64,000 nt of DNA from assembly GCF_006345805.1 (NCBI RefSeq), contig NC_043008.1:29946001-30010000 (forward strand), read 5' to 3'. Positions 1 through 14,880 of this stretch are shown here, piece by piece (within the stretch, counting starts at the first letter, position 1; every line of letters starts with the position of its first letter). The translations under genes and the position numbers were made by a program. This DNA is from Octopus sinensis. Taxonomy: Eukaryota. The notes beneath the pieces are model-generated. The model worked only from the letters and a program-made list of their open reading frames with translations, was not told the DNA's origin and ran no database searches.

Positions 1-189
1 CCTGTCTGAGAGACATCTATCTTATCTCAGTAGAAAATTAGAAATATCTAGCTACGATGAATCTGCAACAAAATGCACACACGGAAACGTACTGAAGAAG
101 TAGCGTTTATACAGGAATCAATGACAAATCTATATTGAAAGATGATCTTATAATTACCATTGCACCTTACACTAATATATTATACACTC

Positions 190-450
190 TAGGGCAGGAT
201 TCGTGACAGACGAACTGTAGACAGATACTTAGCTAGGAAGTTGGTCGACAGGAAAGAAAAGGACTTCTGGGAGGAGAATGAAAGCAGAAGAATGTCAGCA
301 GCGTGCGCGGAACGAATCTGAGTGAACTCTACAAAAAATAACCAACGACTTAAAGCCCTATTGTACCTAAAGTAATAAACCTTTGGTAAATGTATTCTCG
401 TCTCCACTAGTTTGTTTGTGTAGGCAACCCGCTTGTACACGATACTACAT
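190..450 (+). mobile_element. Possible solo-LTR-like remnant
   Basis: GC-richer non-coding block with AATAAA (374-379) followed by a U5-like stretch ending ...CTACA. No partner LTR, PBS or TSD seen. Confidence 0.25.
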
Positions 451-560
451 ATATGAATATTCAGAATGAAGGTAATGTGTGTGTGTGTTTGTATATACCT
501 ATGTACGCATATACAGTAATCTCTCGCCATATCGCTGTTCACCAATCGTGGTATATTTTT

Positions 561-1225
561 ATGCGAAAAGAGGTGTGTATGAGGGCGTGATTGTGCCGAC
601 AATGTTATATAGTGCAGAGACGTGGGTTAGGGTGCTGAGAGAGGCGGAAAGGAGGTGACTAGCTGCGTTTGAAATGAGATGTTTGAGGGTTATAGGTGGT
701 GTGACACGGATGGACGAGATGAGGAAGGTGAGGTGCGAAGTCGAGTAGGAATGAGAGAAGAACTAACAACCAAGATGGATGGACGAATGTTGAGGTGGTT
801 TGGCAATAAGGGTGAGGAGCGGATGGTAAGGAGGGTGATGAATGCAGAAGTGGTAGGCAGTAGGTCCAAAGGCAGACCTCGGTTTGTGTGGATGAATGGA
901 GTGAGGGAAGCTTTGGTGGTTAGATGTGTTGGGGTGAGAGAGGCAAGAAAATTTATAAATGATAGGAAAGCTTGGTGACTGTGGACCGATGAGTAAATTT
1001 GATGTTGCTCAAAGGGGTACGGAACCAGCATGACACGGCGGGGGTAAACCAGTACATGCGGCCGGGCCTCACTGCTGATACTGGGGGTTGCTTTCTATGC
1101 CTTCATCCGAGCATAGAATAGGGCTCGTCTCTTTGAGCTGGGAAATGAATGGAATGCCTGGTGTGTGTTTTCTTGTGGCTACCCCTCCTTAAAATATGGG
1201 GAATATACTTGTGTAAATAAAAACA
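561..1225 (+). mobile_element. 5'-truncated RTE-clade LINE: C-terminal end of ORF plus 3' UTR, degenerate
   Basis: Translates as KRGVYEGVIVPTMLYSAETW..EAERR*LAAFEMRCLR, then after a frameshift RMLRWFG..EERMVRRVMNAEVVGSRSKGRPRFVWMNGVREAL..DRKAW*. These match the RTE post-RT motifs LYxxETW, FEMxxLR, LRWxGH and GRPR. Confidence 0.85.
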
Positions 1226-1341
1226 AATTCTGTATACGTCGATTCCTCCGTGGTGTTGCTTTGCATTTACAACAAAATAAATATAGACAAATTATAAATA
1301 CAATAAAAAATATACAATACAATACATTTTCTATTTCATAG

Positions 1342-1434
1342 ATTTTCACCGATGGGGAAGGGGTTGGAACATAACACCCGCAATATTCGAAGGGTTACTA
1401 TATGCATATATATATAAATCCATGAAGTCTAAAG
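1342..1434 (+). CDS. Candidate coding exon, unverified
   Basis: Acceptor TTTTCTATTTCATAG and donor AAG/GTAAGA bound 93 nt with one open frame: FHRWGRGWNITPAIFEGLLYAYIYKSMKSK. Product not recognised. Confidence 0.2.
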
Positions 1435-1889
1435 GTAAGAGGGCTGAATACACATAATCTAACCACGTGCTTTCCTTATGATTACAGCCATATTACAATG
1501 TAATATTAATGTAATATCATGTAGTATTAATTTCTTTACGGAAGAAATTGTGCGTGCATGATTTCATTAATATGTTTGCTTAGCATTCTACGATGCAATT
1601 TGTCTATTCACAAGTCAATACAAATAAACTAAGCTAGCTCATCAGATACGGGAGCTAGCTTTAGACAGATGAATGGATGGATGGATGGGTGGATGGGTGG
1701 ATTACATTCACAAAGAAAGGAAAAGTTTTCTCTGACATCGAAGTGCTGATTGTGAGTAAGCAGAAACTTCTAAATCATGGTATAACTATTGAAAAATCTT
1801 TGAATGCTAATTTTTTTATATTTCTTGAATTAGAAAAATGCATTTACTCATCTCTCTCTAACTGTCTATATACCTGTATGTCTATTTCT

Positions 1890-2630
<741 letters not shown>

Positions 2631-3575
2631 ATTTATCTAGTTATTATGTGTGTTGTGTCTGTATGTAGTTTTAATAATATATGTATGTGTATAATGGGCA
2701 TTACCGACTCGACTACTCAGTACAGTTAATGCACCAATCTAACAAAAATGCAGGAACGATAAGCAATGATAGCCTCGGAATCGCCTTGAGGGAGATACCG
2801 CCTATTAGGCATTCATCCTTTCTGATGACACATCATATTTCTTTTAGGATGGCACCATTATAATTTAGAAAACAAAACATGACAGAATTTAATAACATTT
2901 CCAAACTGTTCATTTCAATGGAATAATTGAATATCTAGCGACTGCTGACAACTGGGAAATTCAGCGTAGTGTTAAAATACATAATTCAGTTGTAAATATT
3001 TCGAGTACCATTATACATTCATTGTAAAGTCCAATAACATTAAATATTGATCCAGGTCAGACAGTTTATAAATTTAAATATGTTTCTCGATTACACCGAA
3101 TCGATTGTGATAACCGCTATATGCTTCTATATACAATAGCAAGAACTTTTTCTTTGCATTATAATTAGTGTTTGTACAATACAACCAATAGAAAGACCAT
3201 GTTTCTTTTTTGCCCTTATTTATACATTCTTCCTATTATTCTGGTATAGTTTGCTAAATTTTAGATTGTGTTATATATTACAAATACCAACATATCTTTC
3301 CAAATTTACTATTATATTTGATGATGTTTTTTTATTGAGATATGGGCAGGAAAATATAGTGTTTCCTACAATTTGTCTTCACTTCCCTTCATATCTTTAT
3401 ACCTTTCGCAGCAAGTCGACGACTGGTCGATATAAAAGGACACTTTTATTTCGAGATCCGTATAACCTATTGTTGCTCTTCATGGTGATATATGCCTTCA
3501 TCGAAAGAAGTTAATGAGTACGATAACAAGTAGTATCTACTTCTAGTGATGAAATGTTTCTATGTCTGTCTGTTT

Positions 3576-3619
<44 letters not shown>

Positions 3620-4202
3620 TTATATGTATATGTGTACACACCAGTGCATGCATATATATGTGTATGGTTGCCCGGTTTTTTTATGCATGTATTGTTTGAT
3701 CCTGCATTTATTTAAAGCCTTCTCGTATTAAATCGGTGTTATACATTTGAGGATTTTAAACGATGGTATCAAATTCAATGTTTTGTTTTTCTTTTACTCT
3801 TGTTCTTGTTAAAGCCATTGGACCGAGGCGTTGCTAGAGCACCGCCTTCCGTATTCCAGTTATCCATTCCTGTTTATCTACTAGTGATACACAAAATGGA
3901 TGAGGATATTCGTTTTGACTAAATAGTACAGTAAACATTGTTTGGTTCAACAACCTTCACAATGCTGCAGTCCATACGCACAAGTGGTCACAATTTACTA
4001 GCATATACACGCGTACATATACGCATGTTCGACAGCCCAGGTACAGACATACAAACACACATATATACATATATATACAGTCATACAAATATACATATAC
4101 ATGCATACATGCAAACAAGCATACATACATACTGATAGATATATATATATAGATAAATAGATAGACAGATATGTCTTTGTGTATATAGATGTATCTACGT
4201 AT

Positions 4203-4256
<54 letters not shown>

Positions 4257-4799
4257 TATATATATATGTACAAATGTTTATGTATGTGTATATATTTATA
4301 CATGTATGTATGTATATATATTAATGGAGGCATATTGGTGGTGCCTTTGCATCATGCGAGGAAATGCATTTGGTCATAAATTCCAAGCATGTATGCCCTC
4401 CATTAAAAATCACATGGAATTCAAGTTTACTTCTCCTCCATTTGGCCTCGATGAAATAAACTAGTACTCAGACACTAGCATGGATGGTATCGACAGCGCC
4501 CAGTCCCGAAAAAGTTTCTACTCTGTGCTTAAATTAGAAGCCATTATTTATTAACTTGATAACTCTCTAGATATACTGCAAGGAGATTCAATGGCTTTCC
4601 TTATAGTATTATCTTTCTAATTGTTATGTAAATTTGTAAGTTGTGGATGGTTTTGCAAAGGTCAAAATATTCACCAGTTTGACTCTTCAGCTACACATTT
4701 TGCGCCAATCAATGTTGACAGAGTATGCTGAAAAAAAAATCATTTACTTTTATATGACAAATATATAATACATTAAAAGTCTGCTTGAATCTTGTCTGC

Positions 4800-5670
4800 T
4801 TGTTAGATTGCTTGTTAGCTTACAACATTAGCCAGCCAAACTGGCGGATAACGGGGCAATATTATGAAATAATTACCCCTGAAATGTGAATACGGAATGG
4901 ATTAAAACAAGTTTCGCATAAATTGGACAAGTGGTTGTGGAGATATTAAGGGTTTTCTGGGTACGAGTACCAAAAACGGTGTATAATGGGAAAATAATCC
5001 GAAAAACACTTAATACTGGAAGGGAAAAAACTCTTACCTTTCGATTAGACACAGTGAGTTAACAACGAATAAGTACGATTTGTTTTTTTACAGTAAATGT
5101 TTCTATTTTCGCTTTTGTTAAACATATTATTTTAATAATTTAGAAATATTTTTAAGTGAATGTGATTTCAAAAATGTAAGTTATTTATACAGTATATATT
5201 TATATTTTAGCTTTCTTTAAAAATACAATATTTTAATGTTTTTTCAAATTATTTTCAACTGAATGCCACTACAATAAAATTTTGGCATAATTAAAAAATA
5301 TTTTAAAGTGAAATGGGCTTTACAAATACGAAAAATATTTCGTAAAAGACCCGTTCGTAACCTTGATATGAAATAATTTTTTTCTATTTTTTCCGAGCGC
5401 ATTCAACGAATCTCACCTCTAAAGGTTTGGCTAGTATTTCTAGAACGCTCTGCTACCACGTAACAACTATTTGCGATAATGGACATGAAATACCAGTTAC
5501 ATGGTAGCAGGGCGTGCAAGAACTAGCAACTAAATATTTCCTTTTCTCGGGAAAGGAGCCGATTACGCATGCGAAATAACCTGGAAAACAAAACATAATA
5601 CGAAACAAAAAAGCCGTTGCTAGGAAACTCAGACTTGCCCGCTGACCCAACGACTCTCGCGTAGTCTTGT
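4800..5670. mobile_element. Probable non-autonomous DNA-transposon-type repeat with internal hairpin
   Basis: Non-coding block ending ...CTCGCGTAGTCTTGTA against (TA)n; contains a 20-bp inverted repeat (5445-5464 / 5496-5515). Family not identified. Confidence 0.35.
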
Positions 5671-5674
5671 ATGT

Positions 5675-5733
<59 letters not shown>

Positions 5734-5748
5734 GAGAGAGAGAGAGAG

Positions 5749-5805
<57 letters not shown>

Positions 5806-5893
5806 CATAGATAGATAGATAGATAGATGGATAGATAGGTATACACACACACGCACACACATAATTATATACATGTTCTTTTATTATTTTACA

Positions 5894-6202
5894 TGTTTCA
5901 GTAATTTGACTGCAGTCATGCTGGAGTACCGCCTTTAGTTGAAGAAATTGACCAGAGGACTTAATCTTTGTAAACTTAGTACTTATTCTATCGGTGTATT
6001 TAGCCGAGCCGCTAAGTTGCGGGGAGATAAAGACGCCAGCATCTGATATCAAGCGATGATGTATAGACAAACTGACACAAACACACACACATACACACAC
6101 ACGCGCACACACACACACACACACACGCACACACACACACACACGCGCACACACACATACACACACATATACACACACACACACACGCACACACACACAC
6201 AC

Positions 6203-6263
<61 letters not shown>

Positions 6264-6420
6264 CGATAGGCTTCTTTCATTTTCCGTCTACGAAATCCAC
6301 TCACATGGTATTGGTTGGTCCGATGGTAAAGTAGAAGACACCTGCCCAAGGTAACACGCAAGATGACACGCAGTGGGACTCAACCAGGAACCAAGCTTCT
6401 TACCACTTAGCTACTCCTGG
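5894..6420 (-). mobile_element. tRNA-derived SINE (family A), near full length, internal (CA)n expansion
   Basis: Minus strand has a tRNA-like head (TAGCTAAGTGGTAAG box A-like; GGTTGAGTCCC box B-like), central CCTTGGGCAGGTGTCTTCTAC and 3' AAAGGCGGTACTCCAGCATGACTGCAGTC, shared with other copies in the window. Confidence 0.85.
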
Positions 6421-6439
6421 TTAATGAGAGACGAAAGAA

Positions 6440-6600
6440 AGGAGTTACAAGGATTTTTATGAATAACTACAATTGTTTCGACACATCTGGCATTGATGCC
6501 TTACGGGTGGGATACTTAACAACTGGTTCAGGAGCATCTGGCGGTACAGATATATCTCTTCGAGTGACAAATAGGCACAACTCACTAAAAGAATAGTTCC
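6440..6600. mobile_element. Internal fragment of the MITE family at 59181-59370
   Basis: Reverse complement CTGTACCGCCAGATGCTCCTGAACCAGTTGTTAAGTATCCCACCCGT aligns to 59242-59287. Confidence 0.7.
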
Positions 6601-7188
6601 GCAATGTATCTTCTTAGTTCGTGAAAAGAAAAGCATCAAATGAAATGTTACAGCTTCATTTATAGAGAAAGTTATTAATGATATATATTTATATATGTGT
6701 TTGTGTGTGTATGCGTGTGCGTGTTTCTACGCACATATGTATATATGTATGTATATGTAGAAAGTAGCTAACGGTATGTCTGCCTCAAAAAATATAGCTA
6801 AGATGACATGACAACTTCTGCCGCACAGATTAGAAGATTTATTCTCATATGCAAAGAATCTTCATCCCATACATCTTTCACCGTTCACAAGTGATCCACA
6901 GCGTTGCAGATATATGCGGTGAATATTATCAATGAACGTACAAAAGTTTACGAGAACTGTATATGTATAGCTATAGTACTGAGTTTAACGAAGGATTGAT
7001 GTTGTATGTGTTACACGTATGCTTGTGTTTATGCAAGAGTGTCTATTGATATGCAGCTATGCATTAAGATATACGTGTAGATATGTATAAGCAACTACTG
7101 ATAAAATTTTCGTAGAGTGCATCTGTAACATATTAGGCTTTTCAGGTTAACTCATATTTGAGTTTGCATGTCTATGTTTGAACGTATA

Positions 7189-7264
<76 letters not shown>

Positions 7265-7710
7265 GTGTGTGTGTGTGTGTGTGGTGTGTGGTGTGTGTGT
7301 GTGTGTTGTGGGTGTGTGTGTGTTTGTGTGTGTGTGTGTGCGCGTGTGTGTCTGTGTGTGTGACTAGTGTTTGAGTATGTGTGAATCTATACGTATATGT
7401 GAATTGTACATATGTGGAAATATATATTCTTCGCTGGTTTTGGTTGGGTTCTATACTCTTCCTCACAACCATCAAGATAAATAACTAAAAGAAAAAAAAA
7501 AACAGAACAATAATTAATCAGCAAAGCAGTGTGCTGTTTCTTTCATGTAACATGTTAACATGTAAATTCCTACATCTTACATTATGTGTTTATACAACGC
7601 CACCACCTACCACGTAATAGCAGACACATACAGCTCTCACTTAATTAATTCTAGTTGATTGCTAGTCGGTTACTTTCGTCAAATATTCAATATCCCACAA
7701 TATTTTTCTA

Positions 7711-7758
<48 letters not shown>

Positions 7759-7970
7759 ATATATATATATTATTATATATATATATAATATATATATATA
7801 TATAGATATATATATATGTATATATATATGATAGAAGCAGTAGGGAATATAATCTTTATTAATTTTTATATGAACTTTTGAATAATATTTATTATAGTAT
7901 ATTTAATTTTTTTCTATATAGTATAGATAATGTCTTTCACTATTGAATTACTTAACAGAGGTTATCTCTC

Positions 7971-8011
<41 letters not shown>

Positions 8012-8305
8012 GTTATATATGTGTGTGTGTGTGTGTATATTATATACACATATACATGTAAATGTTTGTGTGTTTATGTGTATCATATTTATGCATGTAT
8101 GTATATTTACATATATTTACATATATGGTACCCAGTGATGTACGATCTGGTGGTGAAATATATGTTACAAAGTCCATGCATGCTAACTCAGTTAGGGGTT
8201 AATTTATTTTCCTTTCCTTCTATGCATTTCTCTGTATATTAAATGTGTGTGTGCGTGCGTGTTTCTGTGTGTATGTGTATATGTTTATGTTTATGTGTGT
8301 GTGTG

Positions 8306-8347
<42 letters not shown>

Positions 8348-8532
8348 GCGGTTCTTTCTTTGGAAATTTCCTAATTTCCGAACTGAAAATATTTTCTTTC
8401 TAGTCGGAAAGTAATATGAATCTTTCGATTTATGCTTGGATATTTTTATTGGGATCATATGCAACTACATTCATGTTTCTTATGCATAGAACAGTTTCGT
8501 TATATATATATATAATATATATATATATATAT

Positions 8533-8624
<92 letters not shown>

Positions 8625-8628
8625 TATT

Positions 8629-8695
8629 CTAAAGGCGGTGCCCCAGCATGGCCGCAGTCAATGACTGAAACAAGTAAAAGAGTAAAAAAAAAGAG
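8629..8695 (+). mobile_element. SINE family A 3' fragment
   Basis: CTAAAGGCGGTGCCCCAGCATGGCCGCAGTCAATGACTGAAACAAGTAAAAGAG matches the family 3' end. Confidence 0.85.
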
Positions 8696-9560
8696 TATAC
8701 TACTGTGTATGTTGATCTGATCAGAGCAATTTTTTTTATCGTTTTGTGCTGTAAAATGATATGATGGTTCTTGGTGTCAACTATGTTTATAGTTTAGTAG
8801 GTGAGAATAGGTTTCGAGTTGTAGCTCAATTCTACTCAATTTCTGAATAGAAGGGAATAGCGTTAGTGTTCTTTACGGACATTTCAAAGCAAATTATGTG
8901 CAAAGAAGGTTTGCGATAAAGGGCGATAAATGCGAGAGACTAATAGAAACTCACAGTTTCTCGAGCCTTAAACTTCGCTCATCCGCTATGGATAGATGAA
9001 GTGTGAAGTTGATTGCCGATTGATTTTCAACATGGGATCGAAAAATCAAGGGAATATTTCCCTTGCGAATTTACCCAACGATATAATGTCAATCGACCAA
9101 CGTGTACATGAAAGAAAATATCTGTATATAAATATGTAGTAATGAAATGGCGTGACTACTACTTTTTCATTCCTTCCACCGCCCACATTAAAAATATTTA
9201 AGCGAACATATATTGCTCTTTTCTTACAACATGAGTGTGTGTGTGTGTATATGTATGTGTGTATGTGTGTGTGTGTATGTGTGTGTGTGTATGTGTGTGT
9301 GTGTATGTGTGAGTGTGTGTATTCAGCGAATTGGTGTAAAGAGAAATATAAAAGATAAAGAAAACCTCAATTTCAGCATCTAGATGCCGCATAGCTTACC
9401 GCCAAACGCTGGGATCGGCAACATTTTGTGAATATGAGATACAGATAATGCGGAGATGAGAGAAGAGATTAGGAAAGCCATTGAGTTGCATATTATTGAC
9501 TGTGGTAGAAACACTGGACAGAAAGTGGCAGTATATGTAAATCTAGCAATTAGGACAGAC

Positions 9561-9608
<48 letters not shown>

Positions 9609-10990
9609 ACACATACACACACACACACACACACTCACACACACACATACGCTTAGAACGAAAAGCCGGATAGCTGCTTTTGATGAAATTCTTAGTATAA
9701 AAATAAAACCATAATCGATTACGATGGTAATAAAACGATGCAACACAATTTGTTTACGTGTGGGGGATGCGTGTGTGGATGTGTGCGTGCATGCATGCCT
9801 GCGTGTGTTCATGTGTGAGTGTATGGGGGAGCGTGTGAGTCTGGTCCAAATGTAATCCAGTCAATCGAAAACAACCCTGGGTGAAGGCTTGGATTTCATC
9901 CAGCATCACTGTTTATGGCATGTAGTTGCACTTCGTATTAAAAGCAATCCATCTATTAATTTCTTTATTTATTTATTTTGTAAGTTTATTTATTTCAACA
10001 TTTATTTTAACTAGGACGCCAGAATTGCGTATTTGATGCTTCAGAATTACGAAACTTAATGATATATTTCATAAAATCTGATCTCTTGACTTAAGATTAG
10101 AAAATATCTCAGCACCTCCAAACTTCTCTAATCTTACATGAAGCTGAAGTGAATATACAATAGGCTACTATTCATCCATGTTTGAAAATGGAAACGTCCT
10201 ACCAATGGCTAACACACTGCTTACCAAGAAGTCACTCATCCACACTCAAAGTTGTACAACCAGTCGTGTTGCTCTCTACTTGTACTGGAGAGGGTTCTTG
10301 TCGTGTTAAAACCTCACACCAAACGCCTTTGACACTGACCCCTTCTCCAGACTCTTTCAATAATAATAGAGTCGAGTTATAATTAATTACTGACTTTGAA
10401 ATATGCTTTTAAGCAATTATATCAATTTGTTCAACCGGTCGGTTTTAATACTGCAGAGCACACGCTTACTTCATTGTATAGTATCTATCTGGGATGTTTC
10501 CTCGAAATATGTAGACCCTGTTACTGCAGCACTAGATACTATTTGCAATGTGGGCAACGAAGTAGCATTTAAATCCCACGGAAGACAATTCTGTTTACTA
10601 TATGCGCACGACCTGCAATATCAACCTCATTATCGCTAATGAGGTCCCGGTAAATTTGGTACGCCATGGTTAACGCATTCAGCTTTTATTAGCCGAGTCC
10701 CTGCCCACGAAGTCTATATAGACCGACTTTGCAGATTACAAAGTTATGGTCTGAGTAACCGACGATTTTGAAAAGTGACCAAATTATGCTATTCTCATCT
10801 CTTGACCGGCTTACAACTCTATCTAGATATGACGTAGATGACAAGATGGAGTACGCTCATGACTACACTGGCATATTCGAGATGTCCATTGTTTCACAGT
10901 ATCACCCTCGAACGACATAAGTTTTCAACCTCCAAACTGGGCATAGGTACTTTTCAATCTTCGCTTGCACCGGTCAATCTAGTCTCCTGC

Positions 10991-11022
10991 CTTCTTCTTC
11001 TTCTCTTCTTCTTCTTCTTCTT

Positions 11023-11121
<99 letters not shown>
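10991..11121. repeat. Compound (CTT)n(ATT)n microsatellite
   Basis: Direct reading. Confidence 0.95.
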
Positions 11122-11399
11122 TTTTAGTATTTTAGTATCTTTAGTATCTTTTAGTATCATCCCTTTGGCATGTTCTGCTTAAGCGTCACTTAACTTTTTC
11201 TGTCACGTCAACTTTTTCAAGTCACTAACACACTTTTGAGAACTGCTTTCAGTACATCCCTCTATATGAGGGTAATGCATAAATGAATTAATTCAATCAA
11301 GAGCGTAAATGGGTACGGAACATCAGGCAATGGGCTCTCGCTCGGCAGGTGTGCAGTGGTTGAGCAGAACGAGCCCGGTCGTCATTACAAAGTTGTCAG

Positions 11400-11960
11400 A
11401 ACAAGAGGGCCTAGAGTGAGGAATAATAATGTCATGGAATCTTAAATTCTCAACAGACCCGTTTATGATAAAGGGAAACTAACAAGAGGATACAGAATGA
11501 GAGTGCATGACTTTGAATGGAAACGTGAACACATATCAACATCCGTGAAAATAAGGAACAAGATGGATTCGAGTAGGAGAAAGATCAGGAATACGAACAT
11601 AGATCAAGAAAAATGTGTTAAATGAAGATCTTGAAGAACTAAAAAATGAGAGCAGGATAAAGTTAGAAAAAATAAGGGGTATGATCAAAGAATTGAACAA
11701 TGTAAGATGAATAGATTGTTCCAAACGTGTCAGGAATGAGTTTATTATCAACTGAAGGGCAAGGTTAACTGCAGTGACAAACCGATCTGAAGAAAAAATG
11801 TCTTCGGCTGAGGAAAGCTGGTGGGGTTTGAAATAAAATGAGTCACCAGGAAGACGCTGAATGTTTGAAGGAGAAAAACGAAGTGAAACAGAACAGTATA
11901 ATGATGGCAACAATATTCCAAACTGGAAATAACCAGGCCTAGTTGGTATGCAAGGGTAAT
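11400..11960 (+). mobile_element. R4/Dong-like non-LTR retrotransposon, pre-RT portion of ORF, degenerate
   Basis: Translates KNKGYDQRIEQCKMNRLFQTCQE*VYYQLKGK.., resembling the conserved pre-RT NRLFxxxQ region of R4-clade ORFs (recalled). Confidence 0.6.
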
Positions 11961-12055
11961 TTCCCTGTATTACGCCACAAAAAAAAAAAACAGAGCAAAC
12001 TACTACAAATAATAGTAATAATAATAATAATAATAATAACAATAATAATAATGAT

Positions 12056-12650
12056 TATGAGGCTGTAACTGAGGGAGAAAATTTAACTATTCTTTGGGAC
12101 TTTCCAGTATATATAGATCGGACCATCAAAGCAAATAAACCAGATATTGATGTGAAAGACAAAAGCAATAAAGTCTGTTTATTGATTGACATGAGCACAC
12201 CCTGTGACTTAGCAAAAGCATTTGATAAGCTCAAAAAATATAAAGATCTGCTAATCGAAATCGGCATCTTAAGATATTTACAATAGCAGTGATTGTAGGC
12301 GCACTTGGAATGATGAAAAAAGCACTAGAAATTTATTTAAGAATGATCCCTGGCTTACCATCCATGCTTGAAGTGCCAAAACTTGTCTTAGCAGGTATGA
12401 CACACATATTGAGAAGAGCTTTGCCGCTGTAAATTTTCTCTCCTTTTCCTCTTTATTTTATTTGTTTTTATGTTTTCGTTTTTCTTTCTGTCTTCACTGT
12501 TTTCTTTGTCACATGACTCTGTAAATGAACAATCTGGTGTTCTTGTTTTAATGGCCTACCAATGTGTAGACTACGTTTCTCTGCCCTAGGTGTCAGGAAG
12601 ATACTCGGCAAGAAATGGAGACGGAATTGAAAGAAGATGCTAATGGAAAT
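12056..12650 (+). mobile_element. R4/Dong-like non-LTR retrotransposon 3' end: restriction-like endonuclease domain plus 3' UTR
   Basis: ILWDFPVYIDRTIKANKPDIDVKDKSNKVCLLIDMSTPCD..DKLKKYKDLLIEI, then after a frameshift VIVGALGMMKKALEIYLRMIPGLPSMLEVPKLVLAGMTHILRRAL*. Contains the PD..D and KxxKY RLE motifs; flanked by (AAT)n on both sides. Confidence 0.9.
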
Positions 12651-12674
12651 AATAATAATAATAATAATAATAAC

Positions 12675-12726
<52 letters not shown>

Positions 12727-12777
12727 GTAATAATAATAATAATAATGATGATGATGATGATAATAATAATAATAATA

Positions 12778-12810
<33 letters not shown>

Positions 12811-12850
12811 TAACAACAACAACAACAGCAGCAGCAGCAACAACAACAAT
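12650..12850. repeat. Compound (AAT)n/(GAT)n/(AAC)n/(AGC)n microsatellite
   Basis: Direct reading. Confidence 0.95.
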
Positions 12851-14795
12851 GGTGTTATACGCATATATAGTTACAATTTTATCATATAGGTGAGAGCACA
12901 TTTTAATATAAAACAAAATATTTCAAAACTATGTCTTGTGTTTATTACAGCTTCATTTACTTCATATGCAAGAATACACTTCATATATTTACATTCCTGC
13001 CGTTTTGTATCAATGGAAACCAGTAACTGATAAAGGCAAGCTTGTAATTGAAGTATTATTCGTAGAGCCTGCGGATATTAGAAAGAAATGAAGGCTTCAG
13101 TTTCAGATATATTTAAGCCGTAGGTTAAATACGATGTTAAACAATGTGTAATCGTATGTAGGTGTTGCAAATTACACGAACACGTTTAACAAAATATATG
13201 TCAGATAATGGATACGATAGTTATGTTATAACTGACTTCGTTGATTATGGATTCGTCTATTTTTCTCGTCATTTCAATGGAATTTTGCTATGAACATGCA
13301 CATGGCATCTAACTATGTGGCTGTGTTCACACAAGGAGAAAATTTCCGTTTTGGGTACAATAACTTGCTGCAAGTGAGGGAAGACTAAACGTTTGTGGGT
13401 GGGGGGTAGAAAGACAAGGGTTAAAGGAATGTTATTCAAACGAGTTGCATTGTGCGGATGTATAAGTTTAAACGTTTGAATGGGTAAAAATGGGAGAAAT
13501 GAGATAAAACGTATATATATTTTAAGATATTTGATTATTTAGATGATGCGTTTCTCCTAGTACGAGGAAGAGTTCAACTAGGGTCAGCCAAGGAAGTGCA
13601 CTAATACCTTGACCGTCAAGAGCAAATGCCTACTCGCAAATGTAGCTCTGAATTGTACAGGTGCATTCGGCGCCAACCTACTGAACATTTCCCAAAATGT
13701 TGATATTACAAGACCTATTCTCACCAGGATTTTGAATTTAAAATCATAAACAATTACAATCAAAGCTTGTTTATGATATATATATATATTGAAATAAGTA
13801 AGTATACAAAATACAGCTACTTAAATGCAGAAAATTAGTACTTTTGTAAAGGAGGCAGCATGGAATGAAGCGTAAAGCAAAGTATGTGAATGAGAAAGTC
13901 CCAAACCAATAAAATATATACCTTTATTCAAGAAAGGGAAAATACAGTATTAGTTCACAGATGGAAATATCGCAAATGCATGCTGCCTGTTTCTCTAATT
14001 CAAATTATTTTTTATTTTTTATTAAATTTTAGATTTAGTTATTTCATTTAGAATGGAATAAAAGCAAATTACGCATCGTCAGCTCAGTTGAAATACCCGA
14101 ACATTTAGGATTAGCAAATTTGCTGTTCTTCAGCTCAAAAAACAAATATCTTTATTCAATGCAGTATTTAAGCATTTTTGCTGTTCAGAAAAAGTTGGTT
14201 AAGATTTAAATATTCAACGAAAAATCTACTAAAGTCATATCACTACCAAGATGTCTAAAGAAAAACTCTACACGCAATAAGTTTTAAATACTTAGCAATA
14301 CTAATTCAATATAACGATGGACACTAAATTTGCGCAATACACACATACACACACATATATATATATATACACATAAAGGTATCTCCATAAATACATATGC
14401 ATATATATACACATTTATAGACACACACACACAAACACACGCACACACATATATATATAGAACACGTTTTCAATACTTACGATATATTTTGCAGGTTACT
14501 ATATACACTAGAGATTAAACTCGTATCGATTTTACTCTTTTAATATGGGTTTCAATCAAACCCATATTAGACATAGCATTCTCTATAAATGCATAAGTTG
14601 ATCTTCACCAATTACCTTCTGTGCATAGAAATGAAATTTTAGGTGACCGAATATCTAACACCTTGGTTCTGGTGAATCTACAAAGCTAAATCAAATTGAA
14701 AATTCATAAATGCATAAGCGAATGCAAATGAATCTATGCACTTATTACTAGATTTACATCTGTATGTATGGGTGTATGTAAATATATATATATAT

Positions 14796-14826
<31 letters not shown>

Positions 14827-14837
14827 TTAATAGATAC

Positions 14838-14880
<43 letters not shown>

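Noticed and set aside
5453-6361. 302-aa minus-strand ORF
   Set aside because: Read-through of SINE, (CA)n, (GATA)n and (TA)n repeats; no domain.
8800-8850. GAG-loop-CTC-GAAAC on the minus strand resembling hammerhead stem II
   Set aside because: No CUGANGA-like core or stem I pairing upstream.
10838-11182. Poly-F/poly-L and poly-N/poly-K ORFs (also 12593-12916)
   Set aside because: Triplet microsatellites.
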